From Carcharhinus amblyrhynchos (Eukaryota), in contig OZ336878.1 in NCBI GenBank assembly GCA_965287045.1, positions 100,254,001 through 100,318,000 of the forward strand: a stretch of 64,000 bases of DNA, in the 5' to 3' direction. Positions 62,700 through 64,000 of the stretch are shown here, piece after piece. The notes below the pieces were generated by a model. It was not told where the DNA came from and did no database searches. It saw only the letters and a list, made by a program, of their open reading frames with translations. Numbering within the stretch: the first letter of the stretch is position 1; every line of letters starts with the position of its first letter. Position numbers and translations under genes: made by a program.

Positions 62700-63680
62700 T
62701 GTTCAAGAGGGAATAGTATGCCCAAGGCTTCCTCCTCCTTAACTTAGTATCTGTCTTGGTGTTGATTTAACTTTTTGAAAAGTGTCCCCCCTGGCTATTC
62801 TGCGCCTATTTTTTTTGCAACAGAAATGCATCTACTCTCTGGTTACCAACATCAGTTGTTAAGTTGAAGGGTTTAGCGAAATTTGAACACTGGTTAACTG
62901 TGCTTGTGTCCTTTCAGAAGATACTAAGAACTGTCAGGTTCACAATGCTTTGCATTTCTTTTGTAACAAGGCCTTCAACTGAGTGGCTGTGGTGCTGGAA
63001 TTTGCTACAAATCTCCACTAATCTATAGAATCCCCACGCTCCCTCGGTTAGCGTTATGGACCACCACCACTGTCGGTAATCTTGTTGTTATTGGCAGTAC
63101 TTGTCCTAACTTCTCCATCAAGGAAGATTGGTTGGTCCGGGGGCATGATTCTTACTTTGGGTGTTGCAATGAGCGAATGTGCAAGAGAGATCTGTTAAAA
63201 CCCCAAACGAGTCCCCATTGATGGGAGCGCAGTGGCACCTCGATGATCACTTCTGCCTCATAGTGTGAGGAACCGGGGTTCAATACTGTCTCGAGAGTAA
63301 GTGCGGACTTGATGAACGGAATGGCCAGCCTCTTAATCCATTTGTTGGGATTATATATCCCTTAGGCACGTTGCCAGCCCTGCTAAAAATTCGCATTCGG
63401 TAAGTGTTCTTTTCCATTTCAGTTGGCCGTAGTTTTGCGAACAGGACTTGTAGCTGCTGCAAGTGACCTTTCCAAGTGTCACTGTATATTAATATATCAT
63501 CAGAGTAAGTCACACAGTTAGGACACACTGGCTGGTACGTGGTTCATTGCAATGTGAAAAGCTGTTGGGGTATTTATTTTAGCGTGAATGGAGTCATTGG
63601 GCCTTGGAAAAGACCGCCTGCAGTGAGGAAGGCTGAATTATTCTTGGTATCTGGGTGTAAAAGGAATATGTCAATATTCT
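62700..63680 (-). mobile_element. Ty3/Gypsy RT-RNase H relic, interrupted by a SINE head at ~63222-63310
   Basis: NCVTYSDDILIYSDTWKGHLQQL (YxDD) and FAKPFNLTTD (RNase H start). Confidence 0.75.
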
Positions 63681-63814
63681 TTCAGCACGTTTGTTTTAGT
63701 AAGACACAAATGCACGTCCACAACAATAGAAAATTCTGGAAAATTTCAGAGCATCAATGGAGAGAGAATAGAGCCAATGCTTTGAGTCTGGATGGCCCTT
63801 CGTTGGAGCTCCAT

Positions 63815-64000
63815 GGAACATAGAATATAGAACATAGAACACTCCAGCACAAACAGGCCCTTCGGCCACAAGTTGCGCCAATCATATCCCTACCTACTAG
63901 GCCTATCTATAACTCTCAATCCCATTGAATCCCATGTACTCATCCAGAAGTCTCTTAAAAGACCCCAGCGAGTTCGCCTCTACCACCACCGACGGCAGCC
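63815..64000 (-). mobile_element. CR1/HER1-type LINE 3' end
   Basis: (CATAGAA)n tail followed by ACAGGCCCTTCGGCC; a similar end at 55805-55900. Confidence 0.7.

Overview
Vertebrate genomic DNA, almost certainly an elasmobranch (shark), judged from the dense HE1-like tRNA-derived SINEs plus CR1, Penelope, Rex1/Babar and Gypsy relics. The window is a tandem cluster of two-exon class A GPCR genes most similar to GPR139/GPR142. Each gene has a 64-nt coding exon 1, a phase-1 GT-AG intron inside TM1, and a 911-941 nt exon 2. There are two subfamilies. A-type genes lie on +: intact at 4725-8823, pseudogene at 36646-40556, intact at 56807-60096. B-type genes lie on -: single-nonsense pseudogene at 17537-20625, intact at 24278-27327. 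A decayed 3' fragment of a sixth paralogue sits at ~49910-50225, and an orphan B-type intron remnant at ~44150-45460. The cluster was built by segmental duplication: 1-8.7 kb recurs at 31.9-40.6 kb, 15.6-21.7 kb recurs at 21.75-28.46 kb, and a 370-bp-arm inverted repeat lies at 30.9-32.0 kb. All five promoters, across both diverged subfamilies, share one architecture: an upstream degenerate 18-bp tandem array, an E-box, an EBF/Olf-1 (O/E)-like TCCCYRTGGA site and a TATA-position element. This promoter, the minimal N-terminus, birth-and-death turnover and variable TM3 pocket residues together suggest (inference only) a lineage-expanded, possibly chemosensory receptor family of cartilaginous fishes. 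All alignments were made by eye; TE boundaries are approximate.
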